Shown in pieces: positions 1 through 8,673 of a DNA stretch of 32,584 bases. The notes beneath the pieces were generated by a model. The model made no database searches and was not told where the DNA came from. It saw nothing but the letters and a program-made list of their open reading frames with translations. The position numbers and the translations under genes were made by a program. Source of the stretch: Bacilli bacterium (GTDB lineage Bacteria > Bacillota_I > Bacilli_A > RFN20 > CAG-826); NCBI GenBank assembly GCA_024408305.1, contig JAKSVD010000001.1, forward strand, positions 1-32,584. Reading direction: 5' to 3'. Positions within the stretch are counted from its first letter, which is position 1. Each line of letters begins with the position of its first letter.

Positions 1-1729
1 TGTTTGCATAATCCAATCCGTCAGGAATGATGATGCTCTCCAGCTTTTGCAATGACCTTGCATCGTCTGCTTCTTTCTTGATGTACCCCTCATATTTGAT
101 TTTGGTTTCTAAAGCCAAAATGGAATCGTCATCAAGATACACATCTTTTAGTTCAGGCATATATTGAACGATACCTTTGTATGTTAATCTAGGTCTCTTT
201 AAGAGTTCTAAACCACGATGTCCGACAGAGACATCTTCGTATTTATTGGACAATAGGTATTCGGATAAACCGACCTTATCAGAAACAACAGTCTCTTTTA
301 AAACGCCTATGATTTGATCGATTTTTTCGTGTTTATTTAAGAATTGCTGGTATTTTTCTTCACTTACCATGCCGACATCATATGCATGTTTAGTTAGTCT
401 TACGTCAGCATTATCGTGTCTTAAAAGAAGTCGGAACTCTGCTCTTGAAGACATGAGACGATATGGTTCTTCAGTTCCTTTTGTGACAAGGTCATCAATC
501 ATAACGCCGATATATGATTCGTCTCTTCTTAAGATAAGAGGTTCTTGGCCTTTAATCCATAAAGAGGCATTGATGCCTGCCATTATTCCAAGTCCACCAG
601 CTTCTTCGTAGCCTGAAGTTCCAAGGATCTGTCCTGCACCATATAAGCCTTTATATTTCTTGATATTAAGAGAATAGTCAAACTGCATAGGTCTAACAGC
701 GTCGTATTCAATCTGATATGCGTATTTTAAAATCTCGGCATGTTCTAATCCAGGAAGTGAACGAACAAGCTGATCTTGAATATCGTGCGGGAACCCTGTT
801 GAGAATCCCTGAATATAGATAGATTCGCCATCTTCATATTCAGGTTCGAGGAAAAGTTGGTGTCTTTCCTTATCGGCAAAACGAACCACTTTCGATTCAA
901 TTGATGGACAGTAACGAGGTCCAACCCCCGTTATAACACCATTAAATACGGCAGATTTATCAAGATTTTCCCTGACAATTCTAAGAGTTTCTGGAGTTGT
1001 ATAAATCAAATAACATGGTAGCTGTTCATCAACTCGTCTATATGTATGATTGGAGAAAGAGAAATTAAGTTCGCCTTCCATGCCAGGTTGAATTTCAGCG
1101 TTTGAGAAATCAATTGTGCTCTTTTTGACTCTTTGTGGTGTTCCAGTTTTGAGTCTAAAAATATCGATTCCCATATTCCTCAAACATTCAGATAAACCGA
1201 TGCTTGGTTTTTCTCCATCTGGGCCTTCCTTTTTAACATCATTTCCAGAGATGATAGAAGAATCCATGTATGTGCCTGTTGTGATAATTACCGCCTTAGC
1301 AGTAATCTCTTCTCCTTTCTCGGTAACAACACCATAAACAGTGTCATCCGTATAGAGGAGAGACTTAACTTCGCATTCTTTTATGGAAAGATTTGGGACT
1401 TGTTCCAAAAGAGATTGCATATACGCTGGATAGCCAGCCTTATCAACTTGGGCTCTTAGGCACTGAACACCAGGCCCTTTGCTTGTATTGAGCATCTTGA
1501 TTTGGATAGGACGATGATCAGCTGCAATGCCCATTAATCCTCCTAAAGCATCAATTTCTCTAACGACGATTCCTTTTGCTGAACCACCGATATGTGGATT
1601 ACACGGGGTATTTGCTATCATTTTCTTGTTAAGAGTACACAAAAGAGTACGCATGCCCATAGTGGCTGCGGCATTAGCTGCTTCTACTCCGGCGTGTCCT
1701 CCGCCAACAACAATGACATCAAAATCCAT
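1..1729 (-). CDS. mnmG: tRNA uridine 5-carboxymethylaminomethyl modification enzyme MnmG (GidA). Partial: the C-terminal ~50 aa lie beyond the left window edge.
   Basis: The minus-strand frame is open from ATG (cat at 1727-1729) to the window edge; it is missing from the ORF track because there is no stop inside the window. My translation starts MDFDVIVVGGGHAGVEAANAAA (FAD-binding GxGxxG). Near the edge it reads ...ETKIKYEGYIKKEADDARSLQKLESIIIPDGLDYAN, which is typical of MnmG. Confidence 0.9.
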   Translation of the reverse strand, partial: MDFDVIVVGGGHAGVEAANAAATMGMRTLLCTLNKKMIANTPCNPHIGGSAKGIVVREIDALGGLMGIAADHRPIQIKMLNTSKGPGVQCLRAQVDKAGYPAYMQSLLEQVPNLSIKECEVKSLLYTDDTVYGVVTEKGEEITAKAVIITTGTYMDSSIISGNDVKKEGPDGEKPSIGLSECLRNMGIDIFRLKTGTPQRVKKSTIDFSNAEIQPGMEGELNFSFSNHTYRRVDEQLPCYLIYTTPETLRIVRENLDKSAVFNGVITGVGPRYCPSIESKVVRFADKERHQLFLEPEYEDGESIYIQGFSTGFPHDIQDQLVRSLPGLEHAEILKYAYQIEYDAVRPMQFDYSLNIKKYKGLYGAGQILGTSGYEEAGGLGIMAGINASLWIKGQEPLILRRDESYIGVMIDDLVTKGTEEPYRLMSSRAEFRLLLRHDNADVRLTKHAYDVGMVSEEKYQQFLNKHEKIDQIIGVLKETVVSDKVGLSEYLLSNKYEDVSVGHRGLELLKRPRLTYKGIVQYMPELKDVYLDDDSILALETKIKYEGYIKKEADDARSLQKLESIIIPDGLDYAN

Positions 1730-1733
1730 ATTA

Positions 1734-3131
1734 CTATCCTATAGAATCTGACATATCCAATTTAATTAACTGGTTAAGCTCAACTGCGTATTCCATTGGA
1801 AGCTCACGCGAGAATGGCTCAATGAATCCCATGACAATCATCTGAGTTGCATCTTCTTTGGAGATGCCTCTAGACATGAGATAGAACAACTGCTCCTCGT
1901 TAATTTTTGAAACAGTTGCTTCGTGTTCAATATAAGAGGTTCCATTCTTAATCTCATTGGTTGGAATGGTGTCTGACTTAGAAATGTTATCTAATATTAA
2001 GGTATCGCACTCAACGTGTGCGTGTGCGTTCTCAGCGGTAGGCTCCATACGAACTGTTCCGCGATAATTCGCAACTCCACCATTCTTGCAAATGGACTTT
2101 GAAATGATTGTGGACGATGTATTTTTGCCCTGGTGAATCATTCTAGCTCCGTTGTCCTGGAACTGATTCTTTCCGCCGACCGCGATAGAGATTACTGATC
2201 CTTTAGCTCTATCGCCATGCAAAATGCATGCTGGGTATTTCATGTTTCTGAAGGAACCGATATTTCCATCTACCCATTCCATTAATCCGTTTTCTTCAAC
2301 GAGCGCTCTCTGGGTAACCATATTAACGATATTGGTAGACCAGTTCTGGACTGTTGTATAACGGCATCTTGCATCTTTTAAGACAATTATCTCAACAACT
2401 GCGGCATGTAATGACTCTTTGGAATACACTGGCGCGGTGCATCCTTCAACATAATTGATGTCAGCACCTTCGTCTACAACGATGAGAGTTCTCTCAAACT
2501 GGCCAGACTTTTCGTTGTTAATTCTGAAATATGACTGCAATGGTTTTTCTAAATGAACACCCTTTGGAACGTAGATGAAAGAACCACCGCTCCAAACAGC
2601 GCCGTTTAATGCAGCAAACTTATTGTCGTAATAAGGTACTACTTTACCAAAATATTCCTTAAAGATTTCCGGGAATAATTTAAGACCCATGTCTGTTGAA
2701 AGGAAGATAACGCCCTTCTCTTCAACTTCTTGTAACATGTTGTGGTAGACAACTTCAGATTCATACTGCGTTGTAACTCCAGCAAGATATTTCTGCTCGG
2801 CTTCTGGAATGCCTAATTTAGAAAACGTCTCTTTAACAGCTTCAGGAACCTGATCCCAGTCCTGTTTTTCTGAGGTGTCGTATCTTGTGAAATAAGTGAA
2901 CGAATCATAATCAAGGAATGATAGGTCTGGTCCATAAGGTGGATTTGGCATATTAGCAAATGCCTTATATGCCTTGAGTCTATATTCAAGCATCCATTCA
3001 GGCTCGCCCTTAGCTTCGGAAATCATTCTAACTACATCTTCGTTGATTCCTTTTCCGGTAGTAAAAACAGCTTTTGCATCTGTTTTGAAGTCATATTTAT
3101 ATTGTTCATCGAGAAAGTCGGTATCTGCCAT
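1734..3131 (-). CDS. sufB: Fe-S cluster assembly protein SufB
   Basis: ORF-track protein 1734..3152. It looks like SufB throughout (e.g. [51 protein letters not shown]). I prefer the ATG at 3129-3131 (MADTDFL...), which is preceded by GAGAAGGAGGAG and lies 1 nt after the sufU stop. Confidence 0.95.
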   Translation of the reverse strand: MADTDFLDEQYKYDFKTDAKAVFTTGKGINEDVVRMISEAKGEPEWMLEYRLKAYKAFANMPNPPYGPDLSFLDYDSFTYFTRYDTSEKQDWDQVPEAVKETFSKLGIPEAEQKYLAGVTTQYESEVVYHNMLQEVEEKGVIFLSTDMGLKLFPEIFKEYFGKVVPYYDNKFAALNGAVWSGGSFIYVPKGVHLEKPLQSYFRINNEKSGQFERTLIVVDEGADINYVEGCTAPVYSKESLHAAVVEIIVLKDARCRYTTVQNWSTNIVNMVTQRALVEENGLMEWVDGNIGSFRNMKYPACILHGDRAKGSVISIAVGGKNQFQDNGARMIHQGKNTSSTIISKSICKNGGVANYRGTVRMEPTAENAHAHVECDTLILDNISKSDTIPTNEIKNGTSYIEHEATVSKINEEQLFYLMSRGISKEDATQMIVMGFIEPFSRELPMEYAVELNQLIKLDMSDSIG

Positions 3132-3132
3132 A

Positions 3133-3576
3133 TTAGTTCTCCTCCTTCTCAATGAGTTCTTTCATGGCATCCCAACCCATTGTTGCACAGTGGATTCTAG
3201 CTGCCTGTTTTCCAGTGTTAATAAAGACGATTGCCTCATCCAAAACGGAATCGTCAAAGTCTTTTTCCTGGATCATATTGATATATTGCTGGATTGTGTA
3301 TTTTGCAGACTCAAAGGTCTCACCGATGACTCTATCGCAGAGAATATCTGTCGATGCAGATGAGATAGTGCATGCAATTCCATCCCAAAGAGCATCTACA
3401 ACCTTGCCGCCGTCGCATTTGATAAACACATCAAAATTATCGATGCAGTTTGTTGAGTCTGTGTGAATGCTGACATAGGATTCGTCTGTTGGAGTCACCT
3501 TGTGTCTAGGGTTTGAATAATGGTCCATGATGATTTCTCTCATCATCATCGGTGATAGTTCAAATGAAGTAGGCAT
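3133..3576 (-). CDS. sufU: SufU-type Fe-S cluster scaffold / sulfur acceptor
   Basis: 147 aa with [11 protein letters not shown], a C..C-type cysteine set ([16 protein letters not shown]) and [17 protein letters not shown] sits 7 nt upstream of the ATG at 3576. The start overlaps the sufS stop. Confidence 0.9.
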   Translation of the reverse strand: MPTSFELSPMMMREIIMDHYSNPRHKVTPTDESYVSIHTDSTNCIDNFDVFIKCDGGKVVDALWDGIACTISSASTDILCDRVIGETFESAKYTIQQYINMIQEKDFDDSVLDEAIVFINTGKQAARIHCATMGWDAMKELIEKEEN

Positions 3577-4795
3577 CTAGGAACTCCTTTCCGTGCTTAA
3601 CGGCATCAACCAAAGCATCGACATCTTCCTTAGTCGTGTAAAAATAGAAGCTTGCTCTAACAGTAGCCACTACTCCTAAATAATCATTAAGAATCTTTGC
3701 GCAGTGTTGACCTGATCTGCATGCAATTCCTTTTGAATTTAAGAATGTTGCAGCGTCTTGAGCGAATACATCATTAATGTTGAATGTAACGATTGCTGCT
3801 TCCGAATTTTCATTATAAATCGTGCAATTCCCGGTCTTTTTTAATTCTTTGACCGCATATTGCTTTAATTCTCTTTCATACGCTTCGATATTATCTAAGC
3901 CGATTGATTCAAGATATTTAATTGCAGCATTTAAACCAACAATTCCCTCGATATTCTGTGTTCCTGCCTCAAATCTTAGAGGAGGATTTAAATATCCAAC
4001 GTCACCACACATATCGAATTTTGCGTTCATGCCTCCACCTGTCATCAAAGGATCAGTTGCTTTGAGCAAATCGAATTTGCCATAAAGAACTCCAATACCG
4101 GTTGGGCCACAAAGTTTATGACCTGAGAACGAAATGAAATCAATGTCTAAATCTTGTACATCGGTTTTAATGTGCGGAATTGACTGTGCACCATCTGCAA
4201 CAACCACAGCACCATATTTATGGGCGATAGCGGCAATCTCTTTTAAAGGCGCAATGTATCCAAGTACATTAGTGACATGCGCGACTGCGATAATCTTTGT
4301 TTTATTAGAGATGACAGACTCAAGGTTTTCAACAGTGAGTCTTCCGTCTTCTGTCAATGGGATGAAATTAACTTTACATCCTGTCATTTCGGAGACCTTA
4401 TACCAAGGGAGAACATTTGATGCATGTTCCGCTTCGGTGATTAAGATTTCATCATCTTTTGTTAAATGCTTTACGCCATATCCAAAAGCAACGAGATTTA
4501 TTCCTCCGGTTGTGCCAGAAGTGAAGACAATTTCAGTTGAAGACTTGGCATTTATGAAATGCTGAACAGTCTCTCTACATTCCTGAATTTTTGTGTCAAT
4601 ATTAAAGCATAAATCATAGTCACCACGATGCGAGTTACTTGTTTCTTTGGTGTAGTAGTCACTGATTGCTTCAAGAACACAGTCAGGCTTAAATGTTGTT
4701 GATGCATTATCCAACCAGACAAGAGGCTTGTTCTGCATCGTTATTCCGTTGCGATACATCGGAAAATCATTGCGAATCTTAGTTACATCTATCAT
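3560..4795 (-). CDS. sufS: Cysteine desulfurase SufS (class V aminotransferase)
   Basis: 411 aa with a PLP-lysine motif (SFSGHKLCGPTGIG), a catalytic-Cys loop (RSGQHCA) and a conserved N-terminus (IRNDFP). GGGAGGAA lies upstream of the ATG. Confidence 0.95.
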   Translation of the reverse strand: MIDVTKIRNDFPMYRNGITMQNKPLVWLDNASTTFKPDCVLEAISDYYTKETSNSHRGDYDLCFNIDTKIQECRETVQHFINAKSSTEIVFTSGTTGGINLVAFGYGVKHLTKDDEILITEAEHASNVLPWYKVSEMTGCKVNFIPLTEDGRLTVENLESVISNKTKIIAVAHVTNVLGYIAPLKEIAAIAHKYGAVVVADGAQSIPHIKTDVQDLDIDFISFSGHKLCGPTGIGVLYGKFDLLKATDPLMTGGGMNAKFDMCGDVGYLNPPLRFEAGTQNIEGIVGLNAAIKYLESIGLDNIEAYERELKQYAVKELKKTGNCTIYNENSEAAIVTFNINDVFAQDAATFLNSKGIACRSGQHCAKILNDYLGVVATVRASFYFYTTKEDVDALVDAVKHGKEFLDAYFI

Positions 4796-4796
4796 T

Positions 4797-5504
4797 TTAG
4801 ATTCCTCCCTCGATTGCAGAATCGATCATCTTAAGCACTTCTTCATCAGCAAAGAATTCCTCGATTGGTTTCAAATATCCAAGAGCGATTATTCTCTTTG
4901 CATCATCTTCTGATATGCCGCGCGACTCAAGATAGAACAAATGTTGTTCATTTAATCTTCCGACGACTGCAGCGTGACTAGCCTGGACGTCATTATCATC
5001 AATTCTAAGAATTGGCATGGCTTTGCCATCGCTATCTTTATCGAAAACAATTATCTTTGCGTCTTGTCTTGTGTTTGCGTTAACAGATCCATGTTTGATA
5101 TGGCTAGTTCCTGAGAAAGTTAGATTACCGGAATCTCTTGCAATACCATAATTTGACATCAATGCATTTGTGCCTTCTGAATTATGCATTACTGATGTTT
5201 CAAACACTTTCTTTTCATCTTTATGTGCGAGGGAAGCTAAATGCCAATTGCATGAAGCTCCAAAACCGTTGAGATTTACGTTGATAACGAACTTTCCTGC
5301 ATTTGGAGAAAAATCAGCAAAAGCACCCTCAACTAAGCCGCCTTCTTCAACATCAATATCTATTTTTCCCTCGATAGACGAATTGAAAATAGCAAAATTG
5401 ATCTTGAGAGTTTCCCCACCCTTTACAACGATGTGTTCGTTACTTGGAATTTCGTCAATGTAAAGTAAGGAATTTAGGTTTTCGCTACTTACTGTCTTTA
5501 CCAT
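4797..5504 (-). CDS. sufD: Short SufD-like Fe-S assembly protein (~235 aa)
   Basis: It sits between sufC and sufS. The C-terminal motif HAAVVGRLNEQHLFYLESRGISEDDAKRII is SufB/SufD-type. The track start at 5534 is a TTG with no ribosome-binding site. I prefer the ATG at 5502-5504 (MVKTVSS...), but the start remains uncertain. Confidence 0.8.
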   Translation of the reverse strand: MVKTVSSENLNSLLYIDEIPSNEHIVVKGGETLKINFAIFNSSIEGKIDIDVEEGGLVEGAFADFSPNAGKFVINVNLNGFGASCNWHLASLAHKDEKKVFETSVMHNSEGTNALMSNYGIARDSGNLTFSGTSHIKHGSVNANTRQDAKIIVFDKDSDGKAMPILRIDDNDVQASHAAVVGRLNEQHLFYLESRGISEDDAKRIIALGYLKPIEEFFADEEVLKMIDSAIEGGI

Positions 5505-6321
5505 TGATCTTAACCTTTGTGGCACATGCTCCAATTGATACTTTATTCATTGGTGAATCGGTTTCTTTCTCGATGTCGATTCCTAATTCTGTCTTGATCC
5601 ATTCGTAACCATTCTTATCGATCTTCTCGATTAATTCAGGTCCACCTTCAACTGCGATTCTACCGTTTACCAATACAGCGGCTCTAGTTGGGTTGATCAA
5701 TCCATACAATCTTGCATAGTGAGAGATGACAAGGAATCCTGCACCTCTTTCCTGTTCTTTTCTGATTGCAGATGCAACCACCTGCAATGCATCTACGTCT
5801 AATCCTGAGTCAATTTCATCTAACATTGCAAACTTTGGTGCGAGAAGTTTCATCTGGAGAATTTCATTTCTCTTCTTTTCACCACCGGAGAATCCTTCAT
5901 TTAAATTTCTCTTAGACATTTCGAACGGAATTCCGATTTCAGCATATGCATCCTGTAATGATTTATAGAATGTGAATAATGACATAGGTTTTTCTCTATG
6001 CGCGTTCATAGCTGACTTAAGGAAATCAGCTGAATTTAATCCAGGAATTTCAGCAGGATACTGCATGCCGAGGAAAATACCAGCCTTGCTTCTTAAGTCT
6101 GGAGTCATAGCGAGCACATCCTCGCCATCTAAATATATTTCGCCTTCAGTGACCTCAAATGCTGGGTTACCCATGATAGCGGCAAGCAATGTTGACTTGC
6201 CGTGGCCATTAGGACCTAAGAGGGCTAATGTCTCGCCTTCTTTAAGCTCTAGGTTAACGCCTTTGAGGATTTCTTTGCCCTTAACTGAGGCATGTAAATT
6301 CTTAATTATTAGTGTTGCCAT
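5485..6321 (-). CDS. sufC: Fe-S cluster assembly ATPase SufC
   Basis: Walker A GPNGHGKST, ABC signature FSGGEKKR, Walker B AMLDEIDSGLD. I prefer the ATG at 6319-6321 (MATLIIKNL...), preceded by GGAGAAACT. The track ATG at 6342 has no ribosome-binding site and lies upstream of the predicted transcription start. Confidence 0.93.
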   Translation of the reverse strand: MATLIIKNLHASVKGKEILKGVNLELKEGETLALLGPNGHGKSTLLAAIMGNPAFEVTEGEIYLDGEDVLAMTPDLRSKAGIFLGMQYPAEIPGLNSADFLKSAMNAHREKPMSLFTFYKSLQDAYAEIGIPFEMSKRNLNEGFSGGEKKRNEILQMKLLAPKFAMLDEIDSGLDVDALQVVASAIRKEQERGAGFLVISHYARLYGLINPTRAAVLVNGRIAVEGGPELIEKIDKNGYEWIKTELGIDIEKETDSPMNKVSIGACATKVKINGKDSK

Positions 6322-6342
6322 AGTTTCTCCAAAATCGAACAT

Positions 6343-6371
6343 ATTCTAATAGAACCCAAAAAATGCTTCAA
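6343..6371 (-). promoter_or_regulatory. Putative sigma-A promoter of the suf operon
   Basis: Minus strand reads TTGAAG (6371..6366), a 17-nt spacer, then TAGAAT (6348..6343), about 22 nt upstream of the preferred sufC ATG. Confidence 0.55.
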
Positions 6372-6440
6372 ATAATACGATAAAAAATATTAAAAAACGC
6401 GTGTTTTGCGCAAAAACTTTAAAAAGGTGAAAAATACCCC

Positions 6441-6469
6441 TTGCAACAATTCTCTTAAGAGAATATATT
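6441..6469 (+). promoter_or_regulatory. Putative sigma-A promoter of the lipoprotein gene pair, with an embedded 16-bp perfect palindrome
   Basis: TTGCAA (6441-6446), a 17-nt spacer, then TATATT (6464-6469). The spacer contains ATTCTCTTAAGAGAAT (6449-6464), a perfect palindrome. The ribosome-binding site AAGGAGGA (6491-6498) and the ATG at 6514 follow. Confidence 0.55.
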
Positions 6470-6513
6470 TACACAGCAACGTTTTCGTGCAAGGAGGAAC
6501 GAGTCCACACACT

Positions 6514-8673
6514 ATGAAAAAGAAAAAATGTGCTCTCGGACTAGTCGCTTTACTAGCTGCAACCGCAGGTTTAGCTAGCTGTGATTGGCCAACCAAAACA
6601 AATAACGGCATCATCTTAACCTATACAGACGCCACAGGCGCTCGTGTTGGTTACACTGCAGAAGAGTTATTTGGAACCTATCGCCAGTCATCAGGATCAT
6701 TAAGCACTGAGTTCGACAAAGTTTACGAAGTTCTGGTTCGTAAATATTATGATGAGGTCAAGACATCTGTTAAGAAAGACCTCGAAGTTACAGCAAACGA
6801 AGATGTCATCAAAGATAAACAGAACGCTACAGAAAACGCCAATAACAATGGCACTACATTCGAAGAGGAATTAGAAAAGATTCTTAAGAGTCAGGGATGT
6901 GACGATGTTGATGAGCTCTATCAGCACCACCTCTACGAACTTGAGAAAGAAAGATTCCAGTCCGATATGTATCAGACATACGGAACACAGAGTTCTAAGG
7001 TCAATGGTTTAGAGACAATGAAGAATGGTTTCTACACCAAGGAAGACGGAACAAAGGTCGAAGCATTCCCAGCAAGCTCTGAATGGGGCGCAGGCAACGA
7101 AGGTTGGTTAAAGGAGCAGATCCCATACCACATCCGTCACGTCTTAGTTAAGTTATCAGCAGGCACTGCAGGAAACTTCACACAGGACAAGATCGGTGAA
7201 TCAACCGCTGTTGACGCTGGTGGCGAAACAACAAAACTCGCTAACGTCGTCTTATCTCTCGCAGGCGCATCAGTCGGCGATGATGGAAAGATCGGCTCAA
7301 CAAACACAAGACTTACATTCGGCGAAATCGCTCAGCAGTATTCAGATGACGGATCCGCTTCAGCTTATGGTGAATACGGAATCATGTCAAAGACTATGGC
7401 AGCTGACTTAGTCCACGAATTTAAGCTTGGTACATATGTATTCGACACACTTTACAACAACAGAACACAGGAATCAGCTTATGGTAAGGCAAATGCATAC
7501 CGTTTAGCACCTGGTCTTAAGTCAGACGCAACTGCAACAGCTGACAACCTCGGATCAATTGCTGACCAGAATCAGACAATCAAGGTTTCAGGCGTTGATA
7601 AGCCAGTCTACGAATACTTCAAGGACATCGGCGTTGGCCAGATTCCATTCGGCGCAGCAGTCGCTCTCTTACAGAACGCTAAGGTCGTCAAGGACGCTAA
7701 TGGTAACGTCGTTAACGAGGACAACGACACATTCTTCCCTCGTAACGTCATCTACAATAAATACTTTAATAAGCATAACGTGTGCGTAGTCACACCTAAC
7801 GCTATTGCTTCAAACGTCGGCAGCTCATACAACTCAGCAGCTACAGACACAGCAGCAGCTACAGCTTATGCAGGTTTAACAGTCACAGCTGGCAATGTCA
7901 CAGGTGACTTAAGTGGTGTTGGCGCAGAAGGCGTCTACTCATCACAGTACGGTGCACTCCCAGGATTCCAGAAGGACACAACAAATGTTCTTCCACAGTT
8001 CGCTAACAACGTCTTAACAGACAACGCAGGAAACATCATCCTCGCTGTTAGAGCTGGTGCATCATCATATCAGGGTATCCACTTCATCGTCGTCCAGAGA
8101 TCAGGCTTAAGCGAATATGGCTTAAAGGAAGTCGGCGGACAGATTGTTGAAGCAACAGAAGAAGGCTCAGAGGCATCATCAACATCCCTCTCAAGCTACT
8201 ACACAACATATACCCCATCTCAGAACAACTACCCTAAGGCAGGAACTGAAGTTAGAAACACATACGTTAACTACAACGTTCAGCAGACAGCAAACTTCAA
8301 CGAAAGAGCAAATAAAATCGCTGAAGAAATCAAGGGTTACAACAGCAACCTCTCAACATACTGGTTCCAGTACCTTGTTGAAAACCAGAACGTCGAATTC
8401 ACAGCAGACGCAAATGATATCAAAGAAGACATCATGACATTCTGCCAGACAAAGAGACAGTCAACAATCAACGCTAACAACCAGATTTGGGAAGACAACT
8501 GGAAAGAATACGCAGAGCAGATCGCTGCACAGGAAGAAGCACGTCAGCGTGGTTTTGCAACAGGTACAGGCTCACTCATCAGCGAAGTTTGTGCTATCGG
8601 TTACGGAAAGCCTAACAAGTCAGGCGATAAGTTATGGGAGAAGGGAGGAGCTTGCTACTATGCTACCAAGTAA
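6514..8673 (+). CDS. Large lipoprotein; PrsA/SurA-like foldase with an expanded parvulin-type PPIase-like domain
   Basis: The ATG at 6514 follows AAGGAGGA. Signal peptide plus lipobox: MKKKKCALGLVALLAATAGLASC. Parvulin-like landmarks: HIRHVLVK, FGEIAQQYSDDGSASAYGEYGIMSK, LVHEFKLGTYVF and YQGIHFIVVQR. The functional call rests on motif recall only. Confidence 0.75.
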   Translation: MKKKKCALGLVALLAATAGLASCDWPTKTNNGIILTYTDATGARVGYTAEELFGTYRQSSGSLSTEFDKVYEVLVRKYYDEVKTSVKKDLEVTANEDVIKDKQNATENANNNGTTFEEELEKILKSQGCDDVDELYQHHLYELEKERFQSDMYQTYGTQSSKVNGLETMKNGFYTKEDGTKVEAFPASSEWGAGNEGWLKEQIPYHIRHVLVKLSAGTAGNFTQDKIGESTAVDAGGETTKLANVVLSLAGASVGDDGKIGSTNTRLTFGEIAQQYSDDGSASAYGEYGIMSKTMAADLVHEFKLGTYVFDTLYNNRTQESAYGKANAYRLAPGLKSDATATADNLGSIADQNQTIKVSGVDKPVYEYFKDIGVGQIPFGAAVALLQNAKVVKDANGNVVNEDNDTFFPRNVIYNKYFNKHNVCVVTPNAIASNVGSSYNSAATDTAAATAYAGLTVTAGNVTGDLSGVGAEGVYSSQYGALPGFQKDTTNVLPQFANNVLTDNAGNIILAVRAGASSYQGIHFIVVQRSGLSEYGLKEVGGQIVEATEEGSEASSTSLSSYYTTYTPSQNNYPKAGTEVRNTYVNYNVQQTANFNERANKIAEEIKGYNSNLSTYWFQYLVENQNVEFTADANDIKEDIMTFCQTKRQSTINANNQIWEDNWKEYAEQIAAQEEARQRGFATGTGSLISEVCAIGYGKPNKSGDKLWEKGGACYYATK

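Noticed and set aside
2974-4565. Antisense ORFs opposite the suf genes (2974..3363, 3152..3466, 3822..4085, 4134..4565). Similar ones lie opposite the pyr genes (23422..23967, 25151..25351, 26144..26401, 30582..30917), and same-strand off-frame ORFs lie within carB, carA, pyrK and pyrR (for example 25533..25967 and 28726..29058).
   Set aside because: Each lies entirely within a confidently identified conserved gene. None has a ribosome-binding site or a recognisable motif, and their composition is that of mirror-frame artefacts.
6406-6513. N-terminal extensions offered by the ORF track. Examples: 6406 for lipoprotein 1, 8549 for lipoprotein 2, 11855 for yhaM, 3152 for sufB, 6342 for sufC, 15601 for the ThrE-family gene, 12586 for recX and 17676 for the lipase.
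   Set aside because: Each extension lacks a ribosome-binding site or uses TTG or GTG. Each would bury a signal peptide or conserved N-terminus, or overlap the upstream gene. An internal ATG with a good ribosome-binding site, or with the leaderless geometry, fits better.
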